A DNA stretch of 64,000 nucleotides from Candidatus Heimdallarchaeota archaeon (GTDB taxonomy: Archaea; Asgardarchaeota; Heimdallarchaeia; JABLTI01). Shown here piece after piece: positions 28,461 through 39,066 of the stretch. Position 1 is the stretch's first letter, and each line of letters opens with the position of its first letter. Position numbers and translations under genes: made by a program. The notes beneath the pieces were generated by a model, which was given only the letters and a program-made list of their open reading frames with translations, made no database searches and was not told where the DNA came from. The stretch is taken from positions 224,001 through 288,000 of the forward strand of contig JABCTZ010000032.1 of assembly GCA_018238155.1 (NCBI GenBank), given 5' to 3'.

Positions 28461-29084
28461 TTGATGATTATGAAACAAGCTAGATTGTTTAAGAAAACCA
28501 CTCAAGATAGTTCTTCACTGAGATTCATTTCTTTACTTTTAGTCTTGTTTGTTATTTTTCTTATTCTTCAAAATTCTATTACAAATGTTCATGCTGAAGA
28601 TGATGATGAGGATGACGAAGATGATGATTTTGAGGATGTATCTAAAGATCTTGGATGGGCTGCCATAGGATTATTAGCTGTGAATTCCATCTATGTGCTT
28701 TTTTCAAAGGCATTCAGAATAACAAGAAAATTCTCTGATGAAGGCAAGTTTGCTGCTGTAAAATCCAATACTCGTGCTACTTACCTAAAGGTTCGCAAAC
28801 CATTACAAATTGTTCATGGTATCTCCGGATTTGCTGCATTAGTTGTTTTACTAATCCATGGTGTAGTTCTTACTGATCAAGATTTTGAAGCCGTTGCACT
28901 TGGTTGGGCTAGTGCAGCAATACTTATTTTCTATATTTCAACAGGAATTATTTTGATGTTCAAGCTCAAACCTTTCTGGACTGCAAAGAAAGTAAGAAAG
29001 GCTCTTCTCTTTCTTCACCGAAGTCTTATCCTCTTAGTGCTGATATTTATCTTACACATCGTTCATATAGTAATTAGTGATTAG
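28461..29084 (+). CDS. Membrane protein, ferric-reductase/cytochrome b-like TM domain
   Basis: Signal peptide, acidic run, TM helices carrying His (VHG, IHG, LHR, LHIVH). Confidence 0.5.
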   Translation: MMIMKQARLFKKTTQDSSSLRFISLLLVLFVIFLILQNSITNVHAEDDDEDDEDDDFEDVSKDLGWAAIGLLAVNSIYVLFSKAFRITRKFSDEGKFAAVKSNTRATYLKVRKPLQIVHGISGFAALVVLLIHGVVLTDQDFEAVALGWASAAILIFYISTGIILMFKLKPFWTAKKVRKALLFLHRSLILLVLIFILHIVHIVISD

Positions 29085-29185
29085 AAGAGAACTAGTAATC
29101 TCTATCTCAAGATAAATTATTTAAGAGGAGATTCCCCCTCTTCAATATTAGGAATAGTAGTCACTCATTGTTGGATGTTGAAATT

Positions 29186-30505
29186 ATGACCCACTACATT
29201 GGCATTCGTCGAGAAACAAAACATGGTGAACGGAGAACTCCACTTGTACCAAGTGCAGTTACTTCATTGAAAGAAAAGTATGATATTCAAACAATTTTGC
29301 AACCACAAGAAACTAGAGCTTTTTCTGATGAAGAATACGAAAAAGCTGGTGGAATAATTAAAGAAGATCTTTCTGAATGTCTAGTTATTTTTGGCATTAA
29401 AGAGATGGAAACTGATATTTTCACCAAAGACGGTGTATACATGTGCTTCCATCATGTTATCAAAGGGCAGAAGGATAACATGCCTATGTTGAAGTATCTT
29501 ATGGATACTGGTTGCACAATATTTGATTATGAGAAAGTAGTTAATGATAAAAATCACCGGTTAATCTTCTTTGGTCGCCACGCTGGTTATGCTGGGATGA
29601 TAGATACCTTACATGGGTTTGGTTTACGCTTACAAGCAGAAGGTTTTGACACGCCTTTTCTCAAAATCAAGCAAGCCTGTGAATATTTCGATTTGAAAGA
29701 AGCTAAAGAGGAAATAGCAAAAGTCAAAGAATTAATTGAAAATGATGGATTACCTGAAGAATTGTGTCCGATAGTCTTTGGTTTCCTCGGCTATGGTAAT
29801 GTCTCTCAAGGTGCCCAATCTATTCTTGAGATTCTTCCTGTTAAGGAGATTGCTCCTGAAGATTTAGCAAAAGCTGTTGAAAACCCCGATCGAAATGAAT
29901 GTAAGAAAGTTATCTATAAAGTAGTCTTCAAAGAAGAGCAAATGGTCAAACCAATTGGTGATCATAAATTCGAGTTGCAAGATTACTACAAACATCCTGA
30001 GAAATATGAAGGCGTTTTTTCAGAGAATTATTTACGGTATCTTGCAGTAATCGTTAATGGAGCTTATTGGTCTGCTAAATATCCCAAGTCAGTTACTAAA
30101 CAAGAATTGAAAGAGTTATTTAGTGATGATTCTCCTCCTCGCTTACGGTTTGTTGGTGACATCAGTTGTGATATAGAAGGTGGATTTGAGGGAACACTAC
30201 GTATTTCCTACATAGACCGACCCTTCTATGTTTTTGATCCATTTAAGAACACAGCTACGGATGGTGTAAAAGGAAAAGGACCTGCTATTCTAGCTATTGA
30301 CCATTTGCCTACCGAAATACCTCGAGATGCTTCTGAATATTTCAGCGGAAAATTAATTCCTTTTGTTCCAGAAATTGCAAAAGCAGATTACGCTGGTTCT
30401 TTTGCTGATGTGAAATTGTCAAAAGATGTTAAAAGAGCAGTTATTCTTTGGCAAGGAAAATTAAATCCCGATTTTGAATACATTGGCGATTTCTTGAAAA
30501 AGTAA
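29186..30505 (+). CDS. Lysine-ketoglutarate reductase (AASS N-terminal-type domain)
   Basis: IGIRRE...ERRTPL.P, HVIKGQ..NMPML, DYE, FFG..AG.AGMID.LHG.G.RL, GYGNVSQGA, DISCDIEG, IDHLPTEIP. Confidence 0.88.
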   Translation: MTHYIGIRRETKHGERRTPLVPSAVTSLKEKYDIQTILQPQETRAFSDEEYEKAGGIIKEDLSECLVIFGIKEMETDIFTKDGVYMCFHHVIKGQKDNMPMLKYLMDTGCTIFDYEKVVNDKNHRLIFFGRHAGYAGMIDTLHGFGLRLQAEGFDTPFLKIKQACEYFDLKEAKEEIAKVKELIENDGLPEELCPIVFGFLGYGNVSQGAQSILEILPVKEIAPEDLAKAVENPDRNECKKVIYKVVFKEEQMVKPIGDHKFELQDYYKHPEKYEGVFSENYLRYLAVIVNGAYWSAKYPKSVTKQELKELFSDDSPPRLRFVGDISCDIEGGFEGTLRISYIDRPFYVFDPFKNTATDGVKGKGPAILAIDHLPTEIPRDASEYFSGKLIPFVPEIAKADYAGSFADVKLSKDVKRAVILWQGKLNPDFEYIGDFLKK

Positions 30506-30540
30506 TCACCGCTATTTCTTTTTTTGTGGGATATGATTCT

Positions 30541-31629
30541 ATGCCTTCTTTCATTCCAGGGTTAGAACTTAACAGACAATTTTTTTCTTCTGTTGTCAAA
30601 CCAATTCTAGATACGAACTATCCTGAGCTCAAATATTCTGCAGCAAGAATTGGTTTTGGTTCTGATGTTTTGGGTTTTGATACCAAACGATCAACAGATC
30701 ATGATTGGGGATTTAGAATCGAATTATTTCTTGAAGATGATGATTATTTGGAATTGAAAGATGAAATTTCAGAATGCTTATCTAAAGAACTACCTTCAGA
30801 GTTCTTAGGTTATTCTACTCATTTTGGTGAACCTGATAAAAACGGTGTGAGAGTAATCGGTGCTATTACTGAGGGGTCAGTAAAGCACAGAATAGAATTC
30901 CATACAATAAGTTCTTTTTTCAAAAGCTTCCTTGGAATTCAACCTAACTCTCAGATTTCTGAGCTTGATTGGTTGTCTTTCCCGGAACAGCGTTTGCTTG
31001 CAATCGCAAGTGGTGCTATTTTTCATGATGATCTAAATCGCTTGTCTGAAATAAGACAGAAGTATAGTTATTATCCAAATGAAATATGGTTGTATCTACT
31101 GTCAAAACAATGGGAAATTATTGCAGAAGAGATGCCTTTTCCAGGAAGAGCTGCGGAATTAGAAGATGAATTAGGATTACAGATATTGGTTACTAACCAA
31201 ATAGCTAAATTAATGAAATTATGTTTTTTGTTAGAAAAAAGGTATGCTCCATATAGTAAATGGTTTGGAACGGCATTCAGTAAATTGAATTGTGGACCAA
31301 TATTGCTTCCAATTTTTAGGGAAGTTTTAACAGAAAAAGATTGGGCTAAAAAACAGAAACTTTTAGTAAAAGCCTATAGTATTGGTGCAACAATGCACAA
31401 CCAGCTGAAAATCACAGATTCTGTTGAGATTAAAATAACACCGTTCTTTGACAGACCATATTTGATTATTAATGCAATGGATTTTGCAGAGGCAATTAGA
31501 GCAAAAATAACATTAGACACACTAATAAATTTTGACCCGAAAATTGGTTCAATAAATCAAATTTCAAATGAAACTTTTATTCTTGATGATATTTCGCTAA
31601 TAAGAAAATTTTACAATTCGCTAAAATAA
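30541..31629 (+). CDS. DUF4037 protein (nucleotidyltransferase-like)
   Basis: G.GSDVLGFD...S.DHDWG, WL..PEQRL, YAPYSKW. Confidence 0.8.
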   Translation: MPSFIPGLELNRQFFSSVVKPILDTNYPELKYSAARIGFGSDVLGFDTKRSTDHDWGFRIELFLEDDDYLELKDEISECLSKELPSEFLGYSTHFGEPDKNGVRVIGAITEGSVKHRIEFHTISSFFKSFLGIQPNSQISELDWLSFPEQRLLAIASGAIFHDDLNRLSEIRQKYSYYPNEIWLYLLSKQWEIIAEEMPFPGRAAELEDELGLQILVTNQIAKLMKLCFLLEKRYAPYSKWFGTAFSKLNCGPILLPIFREVLTEKDWAKKQKLLVKAYSIGATMHNQLKITDSVEIKITPFFDRPYLIINAMDFAEAIRAKITLDTLINFDPKIGSINQISNETFILDDISLIRKFYNSLK

Positions 31630-31685
31630 TCATTCTTGAACTATTATAATTTTAAACCACTTAATATACAAGTCATTTTTACTCT

Positions 31686-32015
31686 CTATTCTAATCCCGC
31701 TAATTTCTTAATTGTTTTCCAGTCTGTTTGTTCTTTCTTAATTGCCGGGTTCAAAATAAAAAAATCCAATTCACTACTCCCTCGGTAATTACCATCTAAA
31801 ACAACTGCATTTTCTCCAAATGTTCTCCACATTTTTTTTATTTCCTCTGCAGTTTTACCCTTTTTTCTGTTCTCTTCTAACGACTCTCTTACCCATCTCC
31901 GAGCAAATTCAATAGCTAGTTCAATTGTTGGAAATCCCTCTATGGTATAATCTTCCTCTGGGTCCATATGAAAATTATCTATTATTAATACAGCATAGTT
32001 TTCTTTCTTACTCAT
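31686..32015 (-). CDS. Hypothetical protein
   Basis: Clean ORF (V.IIDNFHM...EFARRW.R.S..E...FGE.A); ATG at 32015. Confidence 0.55.
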   Translation of the reverse strand: MSKKENYAVLIIDNFHMDPEEDYTIEGFPTIELAIEFARRWVRESLEENRKKGKTAEEIKKMWRTFGENAVVLDGNYRGSSELDFFILNPAIKKEQTDWKTIKKLAGLE

Positions 32016-32330
32016 ACAATTAGTTCTTTCAGTAATGCACTTCAAGGTATCGAAAAGTGATTTTTTCATTCTAAGATGGAATATTGATTATTTCTAATAT
32101 ATCTGTTACTAATCTTGTTGTAATGATATCTAAAGTAGTTTTAACAATAATTTTTATTAGAAGGAAGACGGAACGTATTCAACAGTAATCTTCGCTTCAA
32201 TTATTCGCTTTCAAGAATTATATTAGCCTTGAATACCTATATGAATAGTTGAACAAATATCTATTTGGAAATCAAAAAATATAACTCAAGCTCCAAGGCA
32301 AAGAGTTAGAATAATAGGAACTGATTAATT

Positions 32331-33644
32331 ATGAAAAAAGTAGTAGTTTTTGGTGCTGGTTTAGTTTCAAAACCAGGTATTAGATATTTACTTGACAATG
32401 AATTTCAGGTGACAGTTGCTTCTCGAACAGTTAGTAAAGCTGAAGCAATTGTAGATAAGCATCCAAATGGTAAAGCTTTGGCATTTGACATTACTAAAGA
32501 TTCGCTTGAAGATTCAGGTTTAATCCAAAGTCACGATTTAGCTGTTAGTTTATTACCTTATGCTTTTCATCCTGAAGTTGCGAAAGCATGCATTAAACAT
32601 GGAAAACTCATGGCAACCACTTCCTATGTAAGCGACGATATGAAAGCTTTAGATGCAGATGCCAAGAAAGCTGGAATTCTAATTATGAATGAATGTGGTG
32701 TTGACCCTGGTACTGATCATATGAGTGCCATGAAGATTATTCATAGTGTTCAAAATAAGGGTGGAAAAGTAGTCAGTTTTAAATCAATAACTGGTGGTCT
32801 TCCTGCTCCTGACTCCAATGACAATCCTATGGGTTACAAATTTTCTTGGTCCCCAAAGGGTGTAATTTTAGCTGGAACCAATGCCGCTAAATTCCTTGAA
32901 GATGGCAAAGTAGTTGACATTAAAAGTGGTGATCTTTTCAATCATTATTGGCCAATGAACGTTGAAGGAATGGATCTTGAATCGTATCCAAATCGTGATA
33001 GCATGCCCTACATTGATACATATGGTTTGAAAGGTATTCAAACAATGTTTAGAGGTACTTTCCGATATCCAGGTTGGTGTGAAACTCTCCAAGCCTTATT
33101 TGATCTTGGTTTAATGGACAAAGAAGCTCAAGAAGGACTTGAAGGGTTGAATTGGAAACAATTAATGCAAAAAATAATCAACTACAGTGGCGATGATGTA
33201 AAGACGGAAGTAGCTAAAAAACTAGGTAAAGAAGAAGATGCTCTCTGTCTAGACCGCCTTGAATGGATGGGTATGTTTAGTGATACTACAATTGAAAAAG
33301 GTGGCTCCTATTTAGATGTCTTATCTGATTTGTTCTTAAACAAGTTAGGTGGATTCAAACCAGGGGAACGTGATATGATCATCATGCAGCATGAATTCAA
33401 AGTTGAATATCCTGGTGATAAAAAAGAGACAATCGTTTCTACACTCTTAGATTTCGGTATTCCAAATGGTGATTCCTCTATGGCTAGAACAGTATCTTTG
33501 CCAGTAGCAATTGCTGTTAGACTGATGTTGGAAGGAAAAATCACCGGAACAGGTGTGATTATTCCAATTGAACCTGATGTCTACAACCCAATTTTGGATG
33601 AACTTGAAACAATGGATATTGTATTCAAAGAAAAAGTTCTGTAA
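32331..33644 (+). CDS. Saccharopine dehydrogenase (glutamate-forming; Lys9/AASS C-terminal type)
   Basis: GAGLV, SLLPY, ECGVDPG.DHM, GGLPAP...NP.GYKFSWSPKG, YPNRDS, RGTFRY.G, SMARTV. Confidence 0.93.
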   Translation: MKKVVVFGAGLVSKPGIRYLLDNEFQVTVASRTVSKAEAIVDKHPNGKALAFDITKDSLEDSGLIQSHDLAVSLLPYAFHPEVAKACIKHGKLMATTSYVSDDMKALDADAKKAGILIMNECGVDPGTDHMSAMKIIHSVQNKGGKVVSFKSITGGLPAPDSNDNPMGYKFSWSPKGVILAGTNAAKFLEDGKVVDIKSGDLFNHYWPMNVEGMDLESYPNRDSMPYIDTYGLKGIQTMFRGTFRYPGWCETLQALFDLGLMDKEAQEGLEGLNWKQLMQKIINYSGDDVKTEVAKKLGKEEDALCLDRLEWMGMFSDTTIEKGGSYLDVLSDLFLNKLGGFKPGERDMIIMQHEFKVEYPGDKKETIVSTLLDFGIPNGDSSMARTVSLPVAIAVRLMLEGKITGTGVIIPIEPDVYNPILDELETMDIVFKEKVL

Positions 33645-33658
33645 TAAAAAAACAAATT

Positions 33659-33699
33659 GACCATGGCTTATCCGCTAATGGTCTACAACTCTTTTTTTT
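33659..33699 (+). terminator. Hairpin plus T-tract after the SDH gene
   Basis: GACCAT...ATGGTC stem followed by a T8 run. Confidence 0.45.
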
Positions 33700-33801
33700 C
33701 GTCAATAGATTTAGCTTTTTATCGTTTTTCATAGAATCTCTTCTGTTATCATTAGCAGAGAAAATTTTATTTGGTTCAATGTTTAACCAGAATCGATTGC
33801 A

Positions 33802-34755
33802 ATGTTTGATAAAGTTGAAGCAGCTTATAATCGAATTAAAGAAATCGTTAATAAAACTCCAGTAATGACTTCCTCAACTCTGAATGAACGTCTTAATTGT
33901 TCTTGTTATTTTAAATGTGAGAACTTTCAAAAGATCGGTGCGTTTAAGTTTAGAGGTGCTTTGAATGCTCTTTCAATGTTAACACCTACAGAGAAAAAGA
34001 AAGGTGTCATTACTCATTCCTCTGGAAATCATGCTCAAGCATTGGCGCTTGCTGCAAAATTTGTTGGTGTAAAAGCAGTTATTGTAATGCCTGAAAACGC
34101 TCCCAAAGTTAAAGTTGCTGCTACCAAAGGTTATGGTGCTGAAATTGTTGTTTGTGGATCTAAACCTGGCGACAGAGAAGATGCCGTTATCCCTCTTATA
34201 AAAAAACATTGCTATACTCTAATTCATCCTTCTGATGATCTTCATATAATTCAAGGAGCCGGGACAGCCGCCTATGAACTAATTGATGAAGTAGGTGATT
34301 TAGACTTTGTTTTTGCTCCAATAGGTGGAGGTGGCTTGGTAAGTGGAACTGCAATTGCAACTAAGGGATTATTACCTCATGCAAAAGTAATTGCTGTAGA
34401 ACCTGAAAATGCCGATGATGCTTACAAATCTTTCAAGTCTGGTAAAATTCACCTTTCAATTAATCCCATTACTATTGCTGATGGTCTGAGAACACAATTG
34501 GGTCCAAATACTTTCAAAGTTGTTCGAGAAAAAGTAGAAGAGATTATTTTAGTATCTGAACAAGAAATTCTTAACGCAATGCAATTTTTATGGGAACGGA
34601 TGAAGCTAGTTGTTGAACCTTCTGGCGCAGTATCTCTTGCGGGAGTATTATCTAAGCAAATTGATATTGAAAATAAGGTTGTAGGTATCATAATTTCTGG
34701 CGGTAATATTGATTTAACCAGCTTCTTTGACATTTTACGCCAAAAAATACAGTAA
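33802..34755 (+). CDS. PLP-dependent serine/threonine dehydratase or serine racemase family enzyme
   Basis: KCENFQKIGAFKFRGA, HSSGNHAQA, PIGGGGL, EPSGA, SGGN. Confidence 0.92.
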   Translation: MFDKVEAAYNRIKEIVNKTPVMTSSTLNERLNCSCYFKCENFQKIGAFKFRGALNALSMLTPTEKKKGVITHSSGNHAQALALAAKFVGVKAVIVMPENAPKVKVAATKGYGAEIVVCGSKPGDREDAVIPLIKKHCYTLIHPSDDLHIIQGAGTAAYELIDEVGDLDFVFAPIGGGGLVSGTAIATKGLLPHAKVIAVEPENADDAYKSFKSGKIHLSINPITIADGLRTQLGPNTFKVVREKVEEIILVSEQEILNAMQFLWERMKLVVEPSGAVSLAGVLSKQIDIENKVVGIIISGGNIDLTSFFDILRQKIQ

Positions 34756-35116
34756 TTTTTTCTTTTTCTCTCTTCTTGATTTTTTGTCGGTTTAACAAAT
34801 TGAATATAAACCCAATGGTTTATATTAGTAAACCTTGCATGTTCACTTACTGAAACCTGTTTCTCAAAGCATTAAGAAATAGCTCTCAAAGCACAACCGT
34901 CAAGGGATAAGGATAGGATGAAAAACAAAAAGGGTTTAGTGAAATGGAGAGACTGAGAAAAGGGCTTTGGATAAGAGAGAAAGAATAATAGGAGACAAAT
35001 AATGATTATTGGTTTGACCCCCAATACCTCTCCTATTTTCTTCTAATTTTATAAGGTCGATTTTTTTATGATAGTTAGTTTTTTGTATTTGTTAGAGTAA
35101 ATAATATTTGAGAACA

Positions 35117-35884
35117 ATGTCTACAACAGAAACAATCGTGACACAGCTATTAGAAGAAATTAAAAAAATACCGAAAAATAAAAATCAGTTACAAATAGTT
35201 GCTTTAACAGGTTCTGGGATTTCAAAAGGATCTGGTATACCAACATTTCGTGGTAAAGATGGTTTGTGGAAGAATTATAATGCTATGGACTTGGCTACAC
35301 CTCAAGCTTTCAAAAGAAATCCGCAATTAGTGTGGGAGTGGTATGCTTGGAGAATTGGTCTTATACTAGATAAAGAACCAAACCCGGCACATTATTCTCT
35401 TACAAAATTAGAAGAAGCCAGGTTACTAAAATGGTTAATTACTCAAAATGTTGACTCTCTTCATTATCGTGCTGACTCGAAAAACATTATAGAAGTTCAT
35501 GGAAATATTTTTCGTGCTAAGTGTGAAAAATGTGGCGTGAAGATAATGTTGGATAAAGCTCCAACTGAACCACCAATGTGCGCTTGTGGCAATATGCTTC
35601 GACCTGATGTTGTTTGGTTTGGGGAGTCGTTGGACCAAGTAATTATAACCAAAGCTTATGAAGTTATCAGTAATGAATGTGATATTTTGTTAGTTATCGG
35701 TACAAGTGGTCTAGTTTATCCTGTTGCTGATTTTCCCTTTATTGCAAAAGATCGCGGAGCATTTATCATTGAATTTAATCTAGATGACACGCCAATTTCT
35801 CATATAGCTGATTTCGTAATTCACGGAAAGTCTGAAGAAACTTTGGCAAAATTTGTAGATGAATTACTTGAGATTATCGATTAA
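35117..35884 (+). CDS. cobB: NAD-dependent protein deacylase (class III sirtuin)
   Basis: TGSGIS..SGIPTFRG, TQNVD.LH, HG, Zn-binding Cys, RPDVVWFGE, GTSG.VYP. Confidence 0.95.
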   Translation: MSTTETIVTQLLEEIKKIPKNKNQLQIVALTGSGISKGSGIPTFRGKDGLWKNYNAMDLATPQAFKRNPQLVWEWYAWRIGLILDKEPNPAHYSLTKLEEARLLKWLITQNVDSLHYRADSKNIIEVHGNIFRAKCEKCGVKIMLDKAPTEPPMCACGNMLRPDVVWFGESLDQVIITKAYEVISNECDILLVIGTSGLVYPVADFPFIAKDRGAFIIEFNLDDTPISHIADFVIHGKSEETLAKFVDELLEIID

Positions 35885-35935
35885 ACGCCTAACATTTATA
35901 GGTGTTGTAGTATTATGAAATAAAGGTTGAATCCA

Positions 35936-36856
35936 ATGAAGAAATGGCTTAAAATAACTCTTACTATAAGCATAATTGTTTTGGTAGTTTCAGGTGCACT
36001 AGTCGTTTTTGTAATTATTCCAGTTGTTGGTAAGAATACCATGCTTCATCCTGCTCATGAACTCATGACTTACTATCCCAACGAATTGGAAATGACCTAT
36101 TCAAATGTCACTATTCCAACCTCCGATGGGCTGGATTTGAAAGGTTGGTACATTGATCCTCAGGACCTAAATGATCCAAACTCAAATATAACACTAATAG
36201 TTTTGCATGGTGCAACTCATTCGAAATCTTGGATGCTTGAGCATTATGGTGAAGGGTTTTATAATCAAGGATATAGAATGCTTTTCTTTGACTCACGAAA
36301 TCGTGGTGAATCTCCTGATACTGAACTTGGTTTAACATGGGGATTAGATGAAGTAAAGGACATTCGAGCTGCAGTCGATTATGTTAAAAATCAACCTGAG
36401 GTAAATGATTCTCAAGTAGTAATCTTTGCAGAAAGTCAAGGTGCAGCAACACTCCTTTTTTATGCTGCTGAATACAATGATGTAGCTGCAATAATTGCTG
36501 ATTCTTCTTGGGCTTTTGGTGATTTAATGATCAAAAGAGCATATCCCATGCGCTCTGGTTTCTCATGGGCAATTTTCGGTCAAATCACAATTGCTATGAT
36601 GGAAAAACATTATGGTTTTACATTCGCGGATATATCACCTGCAAATGTATGTGTAAATATTACTATTCCCACTTACATCATTCACGGAAAAGATGATTTG
36701 GATATTGATCCCGAAGATTCCCTAACAATATATACTGCTTTAATTAATTCAATTTCGAGAACGCTTTGGCGGGTTAATGGCAGGGGACATGTTGAAGCTT
36801 ACCTGGAATCAGATTATTTCACAAGGTTCAATCAATTTCTTATTGATTATATTTAG
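35936..36856 (+). CDS. Membrane-anchored alpha/beta hydrolase
   Basis: N-terminal TM, LHG, D.R..GES, AESQG nucleophile elbow, HG..D, GH. Confidence 0.85.
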   Translation: MKKWLKITLTISIIVLVVSGALVVFVIIPVVGKNTMLHPAHELMTYYPNELEMTYSNVTIPTSDGLDLKGWYIDPQDLNDPNSNITLIVLHGATHSKSWMLEHYGEGFYNQGYRMLFFDSRNRGESPDTELGLTWGLDEVKDIRAAVDYVKNQPEVNDSQVVIFAESQGAATLLFYAAEYNDVAAIIADSSWAFGDLMIKRAYPMRSGFSWAIFGQITIAMMEKHYGFTFADISPANVCVNITIPTYIIHGKDDLDIDPEDSLTIYTALINSISRTLWRVNGRGHVEAYLESDYFTRFNQFLIDYI

Positions 36857-36884
36857 GAAAAAAATCATTGAAATTCTTTCCTAA

Positions 36885-37427
36885 TTATTTTTTCTTTTCT
36901 ATCCATTCATCTCTTAATAGGTCCATATATACTACATCATGATATTTACCATTTACAAAATGAGCTTGTCTATGTCGACCAACTTCAGTAAAACCAATTT
37001 TAGTATATGATTTGATGGCTCGAGTATTGAAGTCATAAACTCTTAAATATATTCGATGAAGGTTTAAGTAGTCAAAGCCTACTTTTATCATAACTCTCAT
37101 TGCATCTGTACCAAAACCTTTTCCCCAATTTTTTTCAGCATGAATAGTAATGCCTATTTCTGCAGAACGATTAACATTATCAACGTCCATAAGACCCACA
37201 GAACCAAGAAATTTTTTCGTTTCCTTGTCATCTATAGCGAATTGGAATTCTTTTCCAGCACGACGTCTTTCCCATGTTCCTCGGATCCATTTTTCTTCTT
37301 CCTCTCGAGAGAATGGCATTGGAGTTGCAAGAAATTCTCTCATTTTCAAATTGTTCCAATTTTTCATAATTTCATCTAAATCTGAAAGCTCTACAGAACG
37401 TAGAATTACTTTTTCTCCTTCAAACAT
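36885..37427 (-). CDS. RimJ/RimL-type GNAT acetyltransferase
   Basis: AEIGI, WGKGFGTDA, LHRIYL.V...N.RA...Y.K.GF. Confidence 0.9.
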   Translation of the reverse strand: MFEGEKVILRSVELSDLDEIMKNWNNLKMREFLATPMPFSREEEEKWIRGTWERRRAGKEFQFAIDDKETKKFLGSVGLMDVDNVNRSAEIGITIHAEKNWGKGFGTDAMRVMIKVGFDYLNLHRIYLRVYDFNTRAIKSYTKIGFTEVGRHRQAHFVNGKYHDVVYMDLLRDEWIEKKK

Positions 37428-37650
37428 TTTATTCACCTAATACTAATTTTTATTCACTCTATATTCTTAATAAGATAATTGGCAAAAATTGTTGAGATAT
37501 ATGAATTGGAATTTATTGTTCAAGCTTTTTACTTCTGAAATAGCTTTAAGATAAATAAATACATTCACTATTTTAGTCAAAACTTTGAATTATCTCGTGA
37601 TTTATACAAAATTTAGTAAAAATTAAATTCTCATCTTATATTTATAACTC

Positions 37651-38652
37651 ATGCTAGATTTTAACCTTGATTCAGTTACTCGAGAGAGATTTTGTTTATT
37701 ACCGACACCAATTCACAAAATGCAAAGACTTAGTGAAGAACTAGGTAAAGTAAATATTTTCGTTAAAAGAGATGATTTGACTGGAATTGCTTTTGGTGGA
37801 AACAAAAATCGAAAATTAGAATTTTTACTTGCTGATGCGAAAGCGAAAGGGGCGGATGTAATCCTAACTGAAGGAGCTTTAACTTCTAATCATTGTTTAC
37901 AAACAGCGGCATGTTCAGCTAAACTAGGTATGAAATGTGAGCTTGTTCTTTCAGATGCTGCCTCTGGAGAAAAGATTACTGGAAATATTCTGTTAAATCA
38001 AATATTGGACATTCAGATCCATCGTGTTTCATCAAGTGAAGAACGAAAATCGAAAATGAAAGAACGAGCAAAAATTCTTTCCTCAGAGGGGAAAATGCCT
38101 TACATTATTCCTACAGGTGGATCTAATAGAATCGGTATCTTTGGTTATATTGCTTGCATGAAAGAAATTGCTGTTCAATCAAAAGAAATGAACATTCAAT
38201 TTGATTATTTTGTTTTTGGTACTGGAAGTGCAGGAACTCAAGCAGGTCTAGTTGCTGGAAAATTATTATATTATCCTGATATTGAAATAATTGGTATAAA
38301 TGTTGGAGATAATAGAGAAGAAATAATTTCTGCAACAATGGAAATCATTGAACAATTTGAGGAAGATTGGTCATTGCAAGTTGGACTCAAAGATTTAGAT
38401 ATTATTGTTAATGATGGTTATTTTGGAGAAGGGTATGGAATAGCATCACCTGAGTTAGTTGAAACACTAAAATTAGTAGCCAAGCTCGAAGGAATTTTCC
38501 TTGATCCCGTATATAATGGAAAAGCAATGGTGGGTTTGATTGACTTAATTCATACTGGGAAAATTCAACAAGAATCGAATGTTCTCTTTCTTCATTCTGG
38601 AGGAGGACCGGCTATATTTGCATTTGATGACGTATTTGGGAAGAAATTATAA
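37651..38652 (+). CDS. D-cysteine desulfhydrase/ACC deaminase family PLP enzyme
   Basis: KRDDLTG..FGGNK.RKLE, SNH, GSAGT.AG, DPVY.GKA, HSGG. Confidence 0.92.
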   Translation: MLDFNLDSVTRERFCLLPTPIHKMQRLSEELGKVNIFVKRDDLTGIAFGGNKNRKLEFLLADAKAKGADVILTEGALTSNHCLQTAACSAKLGMKCELVLSDAASGEKITGNILLNQILDIQIHRVSSSEERKSKMKERAKILSSEGKMPYIIPTGGSNRIGIFGYIACMKEIAVQSKEMNIQFDYFVFGTGSAGTQAGLVAGKLLYYPDIEIIGINVGDNREEIISATMEIIEQFEEDWSLQVGLKDLDIIVNDGYFGEGYGIASPELVETLKLVAKLEGIFLDPVYNGKAMVGLIDLIHTGKIQQESNVLFLHSGGGPAIFAFDDVFGKKL

Positions 38653-38828
38653 ATAACTTAAATGTCAAAAAAAGCATTGGGTTTAGTTTTATATAGTTTC
38701 TTTCTTTTTTTTTCTTTCTTCTTAATGCTTTTTCTAACTAAAATTTAATATTATAAATAACGGTATTCATATTGCATTGTAGCATTATCAATTATATAGA
38801 CTAAAATGTAATACTAGGTGAAACAACA

Positions 38829-39053
38829 ATGGGCAAAAATACAAATGTAACATTCAAGGTTAGTGGTATGAGTTGCAATGGCTGTTCAGCTTCCATTGGA
38901 CGGGCTGTAACCCGATTAGATGGTGTTGAAGAAGCTCAAGCAGATTTTTCAAAAGGAATTGCTGAAGTTAAATTTAACGAAAAAGATATCGCTAAAGAAA
39001 AAATAATTGAAACAATACACAATCTTGGTTTCAAGGTTGAAGGTGAATTATAA
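38829..39053 (+). CDS. copZ: Copper chaperone (HMA domain)
   Basis: GMSCNGC; directly upstream of the P1B ATPase. Confidence 0.9.
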   Translation: MGKNTNVTFKVSGMSCNGCSASIGRAVTRLDGVEEAQADFSKGIAEVKFNEKDIAKEKIIETIHNLGFKVEGEL

Positions 39054-39066
39054 CTTAATTTTGTAG

